Positions 1-9,585 of a stretch of DNA of 38,123 bases are shown here, one piece after another. Origin of the DNA: Candidatus Thorarchaeota archaeon. GTDB taxonomy: Archaea > Asgardarchaeota > Thorarchaeia > Thorarchaeales > Thorarchaeaceae. How positions within the stretch are numbered: the stretch's first letter is position 1; each line of letters starts with the position of its first letter. The translations under genes and the position numbers were made by a program. The notes under the pieces are model-generated. The model worked only from the letters and a program-made list of their open reading frames with translations, had not been told where the DNA came from and did not search any database. Where the stretch lies: the NCBI GenBank assembly GCA_048882485.1, contig JBHLRP010000031.1:1-38123 (forward strand). Direction: 5' to 3'.

Positions 1-36
1 AGCTGCAGCATCTATTCCAGCTTCTGCTTCAGTCAC
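1..36 (-). CDS. 5' end of the next gene of hdr operon B (MTEAEAGIDAAA..., cut by window edge); possibly a paralog of the 117-aa wHTH protein
   Basis: GTG at 36-34 overlaps the hdrA TGA (GTGA coupling), is preceded by GGAGGTGA and stays open to the edge. GIDAAA loosely matches RIQAMA of 7892..8245, which sits in the same operon position. Confidence 0.55.
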   Translation of the reverse strand, partial: MTEAEAGIDAAA

Positions 37-2771
37 TTTACTTCACCTCCCCTCGAGAGGACAATAGTTGCCCTCATCGCTGCTGCACTCCCAGCTGCAA
101 CTGAGTCCGGAATGTCTTTCGGACCATCAGAGCAGCCGCAAGTGTAGATGCCATCCACGTCAGCATCAACTGGATACAGCAGCGGGTGTTCAACCTTCAC
201 GTATCCATCATTATCAAGTTCAATTCCAATGTCATCTGCGAGAATTTGCATGCCTTGTGAAGGTTGGATTCCTCCGCTCAAAACGATTAGATCATGCTTG
301 TTCTGCAGGAACTTCAGGTCCTCTGTGTCCTCAACACGAACAATGGCTTTCTCATCCTCGGTCTCCACTACTTCAGCGACTCTGCCTCTGATGAATTTGA
401 CTCCAAATCGTGTCTTAGCCATCTCTAGGAACTCCTCGAAGCCTTTCCCAAATGCTCTAATGTCAGCATAGTAGACGGTGACATCCACATCAGTATCATG
501 CTCCTTGGCCATTACAGCGTTCTTGATAGAATACATACAACATACTCTTGAACAATTAGGTACTCCTTTGTTCAAATCTCTCGCGCCAACACAGTTGATG
601 AACCCAATTGACTCAGGCGCTTTGCCATCACTCAGGCGAACTAGATGGCCCGCTGTCGGTCCAGCTGCATTGATCAGGCGCTCGTATTCCATTGCAGTGA
701 TCACATTGGGATGCGTCTCATAGCCTAAACGCGGATATTCTTTGACATCAAATAGCTTGTAGCCAGTTGACATCACGATTGCGCCCACTTCAAGTTCAAT
801 TATTTCATCTTTCTGACTGTGATCAATAGCTTCACGTTGACATGCTTCAACGCATTCCATGCACTCAGAGCACATGGTACAGTTCAGACAACGCCCGGCT
901 TCGACAATTGCAGTTTCAGCGTCAAAGCCAGTTTCTACCTCCTTGAAGGTTGTCCTTCTGTTGTAGATTGAAATCTTTGGCATTGGTGCTCGTGGATGAA
1001 CTCCAAACCGTGCTCTTCTGACATCTTCTGAAGCAAATTCAAGAAAGGTCTCGGGGCGACCTGATTTCAAATCCTCACCTTGGAGGAATCGATGAATTGA
1101 CTCAGCAGCGGCATTGCCTTGACCTACAGCCTCGACTACAAGTCCAGGACCAGTAGCTAAATCGCCACCAGCAAAGACATTTTCCATGCTTGTTTGGAGA
1201 GTGACGGGGTCGACCACTGGAGTTCCCCACTCAGTCACTTCCAATTTAGCATGAGGGCCTTTTGGATCAGCACGCTGACCAATTGCAATGACCATGTTCT
1301 CGAATGGAATCGAGAACTCTGATCCAGGAATTGGTATTGGTCGTCTTCTCCCTGAGTCATCAGGCTCCCCGAGTTTCATCTCAATGCAAGTAACTCCCAC
1401 GAGTCTCCCCTTGGATTCAATGCATTCTACTGGGTTGGTCAGAACTTTCAGTTCGATGCCTTCCTCGAGTGCATCATCGATTTCCGAGTGAATTGCAGGC
1501 ATCTCTGCTCTTGACCTACGGTAGATGATAGTCACATTCTTAACGCCCAGTCGCTTAGCCACTCGAGCTGCATCGATGGCTGCGTTGCCTCCACCAATAA
1601 CAGCTACATTGTAGCCAAGGCGGACTTTTTCTCCACGGTTGACTCTATCAAGGAAATCAATTGCATGATATACTCCATTTGAATCCTCATTCTTTATTCT
1701 CAGTTTGGAGCTAATCGGAGCACCAGTGCCGAGAAACACAGCTTTGAAGCCTTTGCTGAGAAGACTCTTGACTGAAGTAATTTCCTTTCCGTACAGAATC
1801 TTGACACCCATGTCCTCAACTATCTTGATTTCATTGGCGAGTACATCCCTTGGGAGTCGATGCGCAGGAATTCCATACCGAAGCAAGCCCCCGGCCTCCT
1901 CCCGCTTCTCGAAAATAGTGACTGGGTAGCTGAGTCTGGCCAGCTTCTCAGCGCATGCAATACCCGCAGGGCCAGCTCCAATGACAGCAACTTTGTCTTT
2001 TTTATCTATGACAGGAGCATCTACCTTGTAGCCACCTTGTTCGCGCTCTTTGTCATAGAGCCATCGGTGTAGATTCCGTATACTCACAGGATCATCAACG
2101 GAGCTTCGCTCACACTTCTCTTCACAGAGCGCGGGGCATACGCGGCCAAGGGAGCCTGGAAATGGGATTGCATCCCTGACCAGTCTCAGTGCCTTTTCAT
2201 TCTCTCCTCTTCGCATCAGAGCTGTGAAACCTTGAGGATTCACATGTGCTGGGCAATTGGTATAACAAGGCGCATGGCCACGCTTGTCTATGGTGTGCGT
2301 GTTCGGGGTTGCTTGCGGAAAGGGGATATAGATTGCTTTCTTGAATCCGATTCCTTGGTCGAACTCGTTGGGAACCTCTATTGGACAAGCAGATACGCAG
2401 TCTCCGCAACCATTGCACTTCTCCTCGTCTACATACCGAGCCTTTCTAAGCACCTTCACCTTGAAGGCCCCTGCACTTCCTTTTACTTCCTGGACCTCAC
2501 TATAGGTTAGCAAGTCGATGTTTGGATGGCGCTGCACTTCACTAAGTCGAGGTGTTAAGATGCATGCTGAGCAGTCTAAGGTAGGGAATGTCTTATCGAT
2601 CATGGCCATTCGCCCGCCGATGCTGCTTGACTTCTCTAGCAAATACACCTTGTAGTTTTGGTCGGCAATGTCCAGAGCGGCTTGCATTCCTGCGACACCA
2701 CCGCCCACTACAAGGGCATTTTCAGACCACTTGCCTTTCACAGCTCTGGTCCTTGATTTGGACAGGGTCAC
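33..2771 (-). CDS. hdrA: HdrA-like flavoprotein lacking the N-terminal Fe-S domain and C-terminal ferredoxin, with an inserted GltD/NfnB-like NAD(P)H oxidoreductase module (HdrL-like)
   Basis: VVGGGVAG Rossmann motif, DKTFPTLDCSAC, CNGCGDCVSACP, INCVGAR/CSRVCCMY and GPKDIPDSV are HdrA motifs. The internal CPAHVN/GRVCPALCE, GAGPAG, RYGIP, GGGNAA, YRRS and FAGGD motifs are typical of GltD/NfnB. Confidence 0.92.
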   Translation of the reverse strand: MTLSKSRTRAVKGKWSENALVVGGGVAGMQAALDIADQNYKVYLLEKSSSIGGRMAMIDKTFPTLDCSACILTPRLSEVQRHPNIDLLTYSEVQEVKGSAGAFKVKVLRKARYVDEEKCNGCGDCVSACPIEVPNEFDQGIGFKKAIYIPFPQATPNTHTIDKRGHAPCYTNCPAHVNPQGFTALMRRGENEKALRLVRDAIPFPGSLGRVCPALCEEKCERSSVDDPVSIRNLHRWLYDKEREQGGYKVDAPVIDKKDKVAVIGAGPAGIACAEKLARLSYPVTIFEKREEAGGLLRYGIPAHRLPRDVLANEIKIVEDMGVKILYGKEITSVKSLLSKGFKAVFLGTGAPISSKLRIKNEDSNGVYHAIDFLDRVNRGEKVRLGYNVAVIGGGNAAIDAARVAKRLGVKNVTIIYRRSRAEMPAIHSEIDDALEEGIELKVLTNPVECIESKGRLVGVTCIEMKLGEPDDSGRRRPIPIPGSEFSIPFENMVIAIGQRADPKGPHAKLEVTEWGTPVVDPVTLQTSMENVFAGGDLATGPGLVVEAVGQGNAAAESIHRFLQGEDLKSGRPETFLEFASEDVRRARFGVHPRAPMPKISIYNRRTTFKEVETGFDAETAIVEAGRCLNCTMCSECMECVEACQREAIDHSQKDEIIELEVGAIVMSTGYKLFDVKEYPRLGYETHPNVITAMEYERLINAAGPTAGHLVRLSDGKAPESIGFINCVGARDLNKGVPNCSRVCCMYSIKNAVMAKEHDTDVDVTVYYADIRAFGKGFEEFLEMAKTRFGVKFIRGRVAEVVETEDEKAIVRVEDTEDLKFLQNKHDLIVLSGGIQPSQGMQILADDIGIELDNDGYVKVEHPLLYPVDADVDGIYTCGCSDGPKDIPDSVAAGSAAAMRATIVLSRGGEVK

Positions 2772-3682
2772 TTCTTTGCCTCCTGCTCTCGGCGGATGAC
2801 CTTGGACTCGATTCTGTGAGCGAACTCGAGCAAGACATCAGGGCTAATCTTGTTCAGGGGCATACCAAGGGTTTCTTCGTCGATGCCCATCGCAGCTCCC
2901 ATGAACTGAGGTAGCGTGATAATAGGGATGCGATCTTTTGGCTCTCCACCTTCGCCAAATTGAACCTGAGTCAACTGAATGTTACAGAAGACACAGGCGG
3001 TCACAACTCCTTTGGCTCCGGCAGCCTTGACATTTCTTATTTTTTCAGCTCCAATCTTATTGGCTACCTCCTCATCCATAGCAAGCATTGGACCCCCGCA
3101 GCATCGAACCTTTCCAGCATAATCAATGGCATCAGCACCGCAAGCTTCAATGATGTCGTCAATGATTCTCGGTACTTCAGGATCATCAACTTTCACTATC
3201 TCAGCTGGACGAGTCACATGGCAACCATAATGAGCGGCCAAAGCAACTCCGTGATAAGGTTGGACTACAGCCCTCTTTATTGCATCATAGCCCACGTCAT
3301 CTCGAAGTATCTGAAGAATGTGCTTAACCTCAACTTTTCCAGTGTATTCTAGACCTTCTTCAGCGAGGAGATCATTGACTTCTTCTTTGAGTTCCGGTTC
3401 GGTGTCAAGCATGTGCTTCACGTGCTTCAAAGAACCAGAACAAGCTCCACAGACTGCGATAATATCTTTGTCGAACCGCTCTGCAACTGCCAAAATGCGA
3501 CCACTCATGGCTGCGAACGCAGGTCTACTCAATGATTCAATATACTGAGCTCCACAGCAGTTGACATCCTTCATATGGTGCGCATTTATGTCTAGATGCT
3601 TCAATATCGCCATGGTCGCAGCCTCATAGGCAGGAAGTCTGACAGGTGTTGTACAGGCGACATACACAAAATAATCGCTCAT
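2768..3682 (-). CDS. hdrB: Heterodisulfide reductase subunit B (CCG domains)
   Basis: Two CCG modules (NCCGA...CGAC; HYGCH...CCGG...CVFC); lies between hdrC and hdrA with overlapping stop/start codons. Confidence 0.92.
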   Translation of the reverse strand: MSDYFVYVACTTPVRLPAYEAATMAILKHLDINAHHMKDVNCCGAQYIESLSRPAFAAMSGRILAVAERFDKDIIAVCGACSGSLKHVKHMLDTEPELKEEVNDLLAEEGLEYTGKVEVKHILQILRDDVGYDAIKRAVVQPYHGVALAAHYGCHVTRPAEIVKVDDPEVPRIIDDIIEACGADAIDYAGKVRCCGGPMLAMDEEVANKIGAEKIRNVKAAGAKGVVTACVFCNIQLTQVQFGEGGEPKDRIPIITLPQFMGAAMGIDEETLGMPLNKISPDVLLEFAHRIESKVIRREQEAKK

Positions 3683-4206
3683 TCGAATACACCTCCAGAG
3701 AAATACCTCTTCCTCACTCTATGTGCAAATTCTTTATCCCAACCCAAGTCGGTGTCAAGTCCCAGATCTTGTCTGTCGTCCTCAATAAAGTCGGAATATG
3801 AGTCACCCAACATCCAACCGTCACTGAGAACTTTATTCACGATATTCTTGAATACCTCTGGAATATGTCCTTCCCGAGCAGCTATATGCCGGACAGCCTT
3901 GAATATCTCAGCTGGGCTGACACCCTCCTGGCATCTCTCTTCACACATTCTACAGGTCATGCAGAGCCATTGAAGTTCGCTCTGCAAGACTTCATCCCTC
4001 TTTCCAATAATGATCTTCTGAATCATCTGACGGGGGCGGTATCTATCTGAATAGGAAGCTACTGCACAAGAGGCAGTACAAATACCACACTGAATGCATT
4101 TGTTAATACCTTCACCACCAGGTTCAGCTGCAACTTCTTTAGCAAAATCAGAAGAAGGGGTATGTTCATTCTCAATTCCTTTATTGGACTCTGTTCGAGC
4201 ACCCAT
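3679..4206 (-). CDS. hdrC: Heterodisulfide reductase subunit C (2x[4Fe-4S])
   Basis: CIQCGICTASC and WLCMTCRMCEERC motifs; adjacent to hdrB. Confidence 0.92.
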   Translation of the reverse strand: MGARTESNKGIENEHTPSSDFAKEVAAEPGGEGINKCIQCGICTASCAVASYSDRYRPRQMIQKIIIGKRDEVLQSELQWLCMTCRMCEERCQEGVSPAEIFKAVRHIAAREGHIPEVFKNIVNKVLSDGWMLGDSYSDFIEDDRQDLGLDTDLGWDKEFAHRVRKRYFSGGVFE

Positions 4207-4335
4207 GTTTGGTCGACCTCTTCCAGACAGATTCTTCGGTTCATTCCACCTGTAATCTCGGGGAACTTCCCCTTATCCGTCTGTAATTTGTGGTGGAATT
4301 CCAGTTACAGGATGTGCCGACCCTCCTCCAGAATC

Positions 4336-4346
4336 ATTATATGTCT
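4336..4346 (-). promoter_or_regulatory. Putative TATA box of hdr operon B
   Basis: Minus-strand AGACATATAAT, nearly identical to AGAGATATAAT upstream of operon A. Confidence 0.45.
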
Positions 4347-4413
4347 ACTGTCTTCGAGGAGTAAGTATCTCGTTCATCTTGGTTTTGTATAATGAACACC
4401 AAGGCTGCGCTTT

Positions 4414-4430
4414 ATGTTCGATATCGACAT
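4414..4430. promoter_or_regulatory. Palindromic operator-like site ATGTTCGATATCGACAT
   Basis: Contains the perfect palindrome TCGATATCGA; a near-copy lies at 11654-11670 upstream of the other hdrC. Confidence 0.45.
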
Positions 4431-4512
4431 TATCGCCCATATTCATGAAATCAATGTTTTTTGTAACATTTTTGGCCGATTTCTTCTCCCAATCCTATGA
4501 GTGGTTAGCCGG

Positions 4513-7500
4513 CTACATGGTTCTGGACGCAGTTTCAATCATTGGCATGAGTTGAAATGTCTTATAGTGTTTCATATCTATGGCGTTCTGTGGACAAGCG
4601 GCGCTGCAAGTACCACAGCCTTGACACTGCTCACGTGCGATCATCATGATCTCATCTTCAAGCCTTGGAGCTCCATATGGACAGACATCAGCACAAAGCT
4701 CACATTTAATGCAGCTATCAGTGTCAATCTCTGCATAGATGGGCTCTATATCGAATTTTCCAGGACCCATTAATGCCTGTGCTTTAGCAGCAGCGGCCTC
4801 TCCCATAGCCACAGCCTTTGCTATGTCCATTGGACCAAGGCAAGTACCAGCAACAAACACACCATCTTGGAATGACTCCACCGGCCTTAGTTTCGGATGA
4901 GCACAGAGAAAGTATCCGTATCGATCAGTTGTCATCTTCAACATGCGTGCCATTTCGGGATTCTCAGGTTGTGGATGCAATGCTGTCGCCAAAACCACCA
5001 GGTCATAGGTGAGTCCGATGTTCATTCCAGTATAAAGATCTTCAGCATATACCTGAATCTTGTCATCTATCGGGTCATGCTCCAACTCAGATGCCCTACC
5101 CTTCACAATATTGACGCCCATCTCACGTGCTCTTTGATAGAGTTCTTCATATCCAATTCCATGAGTCCGAATATCCATTGTGTATATCGTTACATCGGTA
5201 TCAGGATACTTCTCCTTGACCTGAGTTGCCTGCTTCAAAGAGTTTTCACATCCAACATAGCAGCAATAGTCTCTGTCGAATCTCGCATCACGCGACCCCA
5301 CACACTGGAGGAATGCAATACTGGTTGGGATTCTTTCATCAGAAGGTCGCTTTATCTTACCATGAGTCGGACCAGCTGCATTTGTCAATCGTTCGAACTG
5401 TGCATTAGTAATGACATGAGGTAGAATTCCATAACCGTATTCACGAGTGTCCACTGGTTCGTATGATTGGGACCCAGTAGTAACGATAATGGTTCCTACA
5501 TTTCGATTCAGAAGTTGACCAGTCATTTTGTGGTCTATCGCATTCGGCTTACATACCTCGACACATTGATTGCATTCACAACATACTGCACAACTCATAC
5601 ATCTCTCAGCCTCAGCTAGAGCTCTCTTCTCATCAAATCCAAGTTCGACTTCAGCAAAGCTATTCTTCCGCTTTCCTGCGCTTAGCACTGGCACAGCATT
5701 TCTGGGGTGTACCTGAATCCCATCCTTGATGATGATATCCTCAGGGACAGGAGATGGTTCTTCTCCCCTTCCCAGAGCAAGATCCTCCCCAGCTAGGAAT
5801 CTATCAATGGAGATGGCTGCCTCTTTGCCCGCTCCTATCGCCTCAACGACAGTAGCAGGTCCCGAAACCACATCACCACCCGCAAAGACTCCTTTCTTAC
5901 TTGTCTGATAAGTGAGCTCGTCAACAGCAACAGTGCCCCACTGGCTAAGCTCTAGCCCCTTTAAAGGACCCTTTGGATCGACTAGCTGACCAATCGCAAT
6001 GATGATGTCATCAACCTTCAAATCAAATTCCGAGTCTGGGATTGCAATTGGGCGCTTTCTCCCTGAAGCATCAAGTGCACCCAACCGCATCTGAATACAT
6101 CGGATCCCTGTCACTCTGCCTCCGGTTTCGAGTATCTCCACAGGAGAGGATAGAATCTTTATCTTAATGCCCTCTCGTTCAGCCTCATCTATCTCGCTGC
6201 GGATTGCGGGCATCTCATCCCTTGACCGACGATAAACGATAGTGACTTGATTTACACCTAAGCGCTTTGCACTTCTAGCCGCATCGATAGCGGCATTCCC
6301 TCCGCCAATAACAACAACATTTTCACCAAGTGTGACCTTCTTTCCTTGATTGATTCGATTCAAGAAGTCAAGAGCATGATGAACGCCCTTCGCGTCTTCT
6401 CCATTCACTCTCAACTTGCTACTCAATGAAGCACCAGTTGCCAGAAACACAGCGTTATAGCCCTCTTTCTTTAGATCAGCAAGAGATTCCACATTCACTC
6501 CAGTCTTTATTTCGACACCTAGAGATTCAACCGCTGCAATCTCCTCTCTAAGAATATCTCTTGGAAGGCGGTACTCCGGGATCCCAAATCGTAGCAAGCC
6601 GCCTGGCTCAGTCTTTGCTTCGAAGACTGTGACCGGATAGCCCAATCTAACCAAATCGTACGCACATGCTATGCCAGCAGGGCCCGCACCAACTATCGCC
6701 ACCTTCTTCTTTTTGGTTGGCACGATTGGTGCTAATGGCTCCTCACCCTTCTCATGAGCGTTGTCAGCTAGGAAGCGATGAAGATTCCGAATGGACAATG
6801 GCTCGTCGATTGACGCTCGTTCGCATTTCTCCTCGCAAAGACTGGTGCATACTCTACCTAGAGAACCTGGGAATGGATTTGACTCTCGAAAGATTTCTAA
6901 TGCCTTGTCGAGGTTCTTTTCACGCATCAGTGTGATGAACGCGTGGCCATTGACTCCTGCTGGACATGCTATTCGGCAAGCAGCAGTGCCTCTCTTATCA
7001 ATGGTGAACGTGTTGGGTACTGCCTGCGGAAATGGTCGATAGATTGCCTTCCTATCAGCCAGACCATATTCGTATTCATTCTTCACCCGAACAGGACATA
7101 CTGGTTCACACTCACCGCATCCATTGCAAATATCAGCATCGACATAGCCTGCTTTCTTTCTAATTGAGAGTTTGAAATCACCCACATGTCCCTCAACCTT
7201 CTCTAGCTCACTATACGCAAGGAGGTCTATCTCAGGATGCCGCTCTACTGACGCCATGATGGGTCCAAGAATACAGATTGCACAGTCATTTTGCGGAAAT
7301 ACCTTATCTAAGAGAGCCATCTGCCCACCTATAGTTGGACGCTTCTCAATGAGAGTGACCGGATAGCCAGCGTTAGCTAGGTCTAGAGACGCTGATATTC
7401 CAGCAACTCCTCCACCCAATACAGCTACTCGAGGTATGACTACTACTGATTCCATTTCCAGTGATTCAAGTTCACGAGCACGTGCAATAGCCATCTCTAC

Positions 7501-7878
7501 AAGGTGCTTTGCCTTTTCAGTCGCCTTTTCCTTCTCATCCATATGGCACCATGAAACATGTTCCCGAATGTTCACCATCTCAAAGAGGAATCGATTTAGT
7601 CCAACCTCTTCAATTGTCTTTCGAAACACAGGTTCATGTGTCCTAGGTGTACATGATGCAACTATGACTCGATTAATATCATGCGTTTCTATGGTCTCCT
7701 TTATTGACTTGAGACCGTCTGAAGAGCAAGTAAACATAAGGTCGCCGCTGAAGACTACGTTTGGAAGATCTTTGATATGATCACGAACAGCTTCTACGTC
7801 AACAGTCCCTGCAATGTTTAGGCCACAATGGCAAGTCCAAATGCCAATTCGTACATCATCGCTTTTGTCAACTGTCAT
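4513..7878 (-). CDS. hdrA: Full-length HdrA (N-terminal Fe-S domain, C-terminal ferredoxin) with an inserted GltD/NfnB-like NAD(P)H module (HdrL-like); start 7878 or 7887 rather than 7944
   Basis: RIGIWTCHCGLNIAG, ASCTPRTHE, NIREHVSWCH, GGGVAG, DKVFPQNDCAIC, inserted GltD motifs, QCVGSRD, HPKLRPV and terminal CIKCELC/CQGCGTC. AGGAG at 7888-7892 is well spaced from ATG 7878. Confidence 0.93.
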   Translation of the reverse strand: MTVDKSDDVRIGIWTCHCGLNIAGTVDVEAVRDHIKDLPNVVFSGDLMFTCSSDGLKSIKETIETHDINRVIVASCTPRTHEPVFRKTIEEVGLNRFLFEMVNIREHVSWCHMDEKEKATEKAKHLVEMAIARARELESLEMESVVVIPRVAVLGGGVAGISASLDLANAGYPVTLIEKRPTIGGQMALLDKVFPQNDCAICILGPIMASVERHPEIDLLAYSELEKVEGHVGDFKLSIRKKAGYVDADICNGCGECEPVCPVRVKNEYEYGLADRKAIYRPFPQAVPNTFTIDKRGTAACRIACPAGVNGHAFITLMREKNLDKALEIFRESNPFPGSLGRVCTSLCEEKCERASIDEPLSIRNLHRFLADNAHEKGEEPLAPIVPTKKKKVAIVGAGPAGIACAYDLVRLGYPVTVFEAKTEPGGLLRFGIPEYRLPRDILREEIAAVESLGVEIKTGVNVESLADLKKEGYNAVFLATGASLSSKLRVNGEDAKGVHHALDFLNRINQGKKVTLGENVVVIGGGNAAIDAARSAKRLGVNQVTIVYRRSRDEMPAIRSEIDEAEREGIKIKILSSPVEILETGGRVTGIRCIQMRLGALDASGRKRPIAIPDSEFDLKVDDIIIAIGQLVDPKGPLKGLELSQWGTVAVDELTYQTSKKGVFAGGDVVSGPATVVEAIGAGKEAAISIDRFLAGEDLALGRGEEPSPVPEDIIIKDGIQVHPRNAVPVLSAGKRKNSFAEVELGFDEKRALAEAERCMSCAVCCECNQCVEVCKPNAIDHKMTGQLLNRNVGTIIVTTGSQSYEPVDTREYGYGILPHVITNAQFERLTNAAGPTHGKIKRPSDERIPTSIAFLQCVGSRDARFDRDYCCYVGCENSLKQATQVKEKYPDTDVTIYTMDIRTHGIGYEELYQRAREMGVNIVKGRASELEHDPIDDKIQVYAEDLYTGMNIGLTYDLVVLATALHPQPENPEMARMLKMTTDRYGYFLCAHPKLRPVESFQDGVFVAGTCLGPMDIAKAVAMGEAAAAKAQALMGPGKFDIEPIYAEIDTDSCIKCELCADVCPYGAPRLEDEIMMIAREQCQGCGTCSAACPQNAIDMKHYKTFQLMPMIETASRTM

Positions 7879-7891
7879 CTTACTCATCTCC

Positions 7892-8245
7892 TTAAGTCTG
7901 CATGAAGCTCTTGGAATACAGATACTCCCGTTTTTCTTCGCCAACGATCTCTACCTTGTTCCACTTCATCAAGGCTAGAATATTCCAGAGGACTCGGTGC
8001 GGCTCAAGTCCCGTTGCTTTAGCAATCTGTGAAACTGTCACTGGACTATCACTCATGTGCTTCATTATATAGTGCCTTTCATACTCCTCTTGGATGGTCT
8101 TTTCCATCAACTCCTTGAATTTCTCTTGAGTCAACTCTCCATTTTGGACAAGGACATCGCCTTTTCCTATGAGCCATCTGAGACGCTCATCAGCGAAAGC
8201 ATCGGCCATCGCTTGTATACGATCGCTGTCTACAGTTTCTTTCAT
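7892..8245 (-). CDS. Small hdr-associated protein with a C-terminal winged helix-turn-helix
   Basis: PVTVSQIAKATGLEPHRVLWNILALMKWNKVEIVG fits an HTH followed by a wing; its ATG overlaps the stop of the upstream hdrA. Confidence 0.75.
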   Translation of the reverse strand: MKETVDSDRIQAMADAFADERLRWLIGKGDVLVQNGELTQEKFKELMEKTIQEEYERHYIMKHMSDSPVTVSQIAKATGLEPHRVLWNILALMKWNKVEIVGEEKREYLYSKSFMQT

Positions 8246-9585
8246 TACTTAGCCCCTCCTTGTGCGAGGGTGATACTAGCACGCATCGCGGCCGCACTCC
8301 CTGCCGCGACACTGTCAGGTATGTCCTTTGGAGATTCGGCACAACCACATACGTAGATGCCAGGGACTTTTGTGTCTACAGGAGTAATAGTTGCATTCTC
8401 AACAGTAAGGAATCCATCACTATCAAGCTCAAGCCCCATCTGGATTGAGAGGCCCTTCAACGTCTTTGGCGGCAGAATTCCTGGGCAGATTACAACCAGC
8501 TCGTGTTCGTTCTGCAAGAACTTTCCAGTTTCGGTGTCTTCCACACGTACAACGAGATTCCTGTTCTTTAGATTCTCAGTAACTTCGCCGACACGGCCCC
8601 GAACGAACTTCACGCCAAATCTTTCCTTCGCCATCTCCTTGAATTCTTCAAACCCCTTTCCGAAGGCTCGAAGGTCTGCATAATAGAGAGTGACATCTTT
8701 CACATGATCGTGAGCAAGCTCAAATGCCATCACTCCATTTTTGATTGAATACATACAACATATACGTGAGCAGTTGGGAACGCCCTTCTCAACGTCCCTG
8801 GCGCCAACGCACTGGACGAATCCAATCGACTTTGGAATCATTCCGTCGCTCAGCCGCATAAGATGTCCGCCAGTAGGGCCAGCGGCATTGATAATCCGCT
8901 CATACTCCAATGCATGCATGACATTCTTGTATCTACCATAACCAAGCCGTGGATACTTGGTTACATCATAGAGTTCGTAGCCTGTAGCAACCACTATAGC
9001 TCCTACCGGGATTTCGACTTCCTCATCCACCGCATCAAGCATCACTGCATCCCTTTGACAGGATTTCTCACACATACCACATTTGATGCAGTTCTCTTCG
9101 TCAATAGTGTACACAAGCGGCGTACTCTGTGGAAATCCAATGTAGACTGCCTTTCGAAATCCGAGGTCTTGATCGAACTCATTGGGCACTTCAATGGGAC
9201 AATGAGGCACGCAGTCGCCACAGCCTGAGCAGAGTTCCTCGCTAATCTTTCGAGATTTCCTCCTGACCTTGATTCGGAAATCTCCAGCCTTGCCAGTCAC
9301 GCCAATAACTTCGGAATATGTCAGGAGCTCGATATTTGGATGCCTTGCGACCTCCGACAATCTTGGTGTCAGGATACACGCCGAGCAGTCAAGAGTTGGG
9401 AACGTCTTGTCCAGCATTGCCATGACGCCGCCTATGGAAGGTGATTTTTCTACCAACACAACTTTGTAATTCTGGTCAGCGATGTCAAGCGCGGCTTGCA
9501 TCCCTGCGACGCCTCCACCAATGACCATGGCGGTTTCAGAAGGAAGCAGATGGTCATAAGTCACTTTGTCTCCGGCAATCGTCAT
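8245..9585 (-). CDS. hdrA: Short HdrA (FAD module plus inserted 2x[4Fe-4S] ferredoxin; no N-terminal or C-terminal Fe-S domains)
   Basis: GGGVAG, DKTFPTLDCSAC, CSGCGDC..CP, CIKCGMC, QCVGAR, CSRICCMYSIK, PKDIPDSV; very similar to the HdrA part of 33..2771. Confidence 0.92.
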   Translation of the reverse strand: MTIAGDKVTYDHLLPSETAMVIGGGVAGMQAALDIADQNYKVVLVEKSPSIGGVMAMLDKTFPTLDCSACILTPRLSEVARHPNIELLTYSEVIGVTGKAGDFRIKVRRKSRKISEELCSGCGDCVPHCPIEVPNEFDQDLGFRKAVYIGFPQSTPLVYTIDEENCIKCGMCEKSCQRDAVMLDAVDEEVEIPVGAIVVATGYELYDVTKYPRLGYGRYKNVMHALEYERIINAAGPTGGHLMRLSDGMIPKSIGFVQCVGARDVEKGVPNCSRICCMYSIKNGVMAFELAHDHVKDVTLYYADLRAFGKGFEEFKEMAKERFGVKFVRGRVGEVTENLKNRNLVVRVEDTETGKFLQNEHELVVICPGILPPKTLKGLSIQMGLELDSDGFLTVENATITPVDTKVPGIYVCGCAESPKDIPDSVAAGSAAAMRASITLAQGGAK

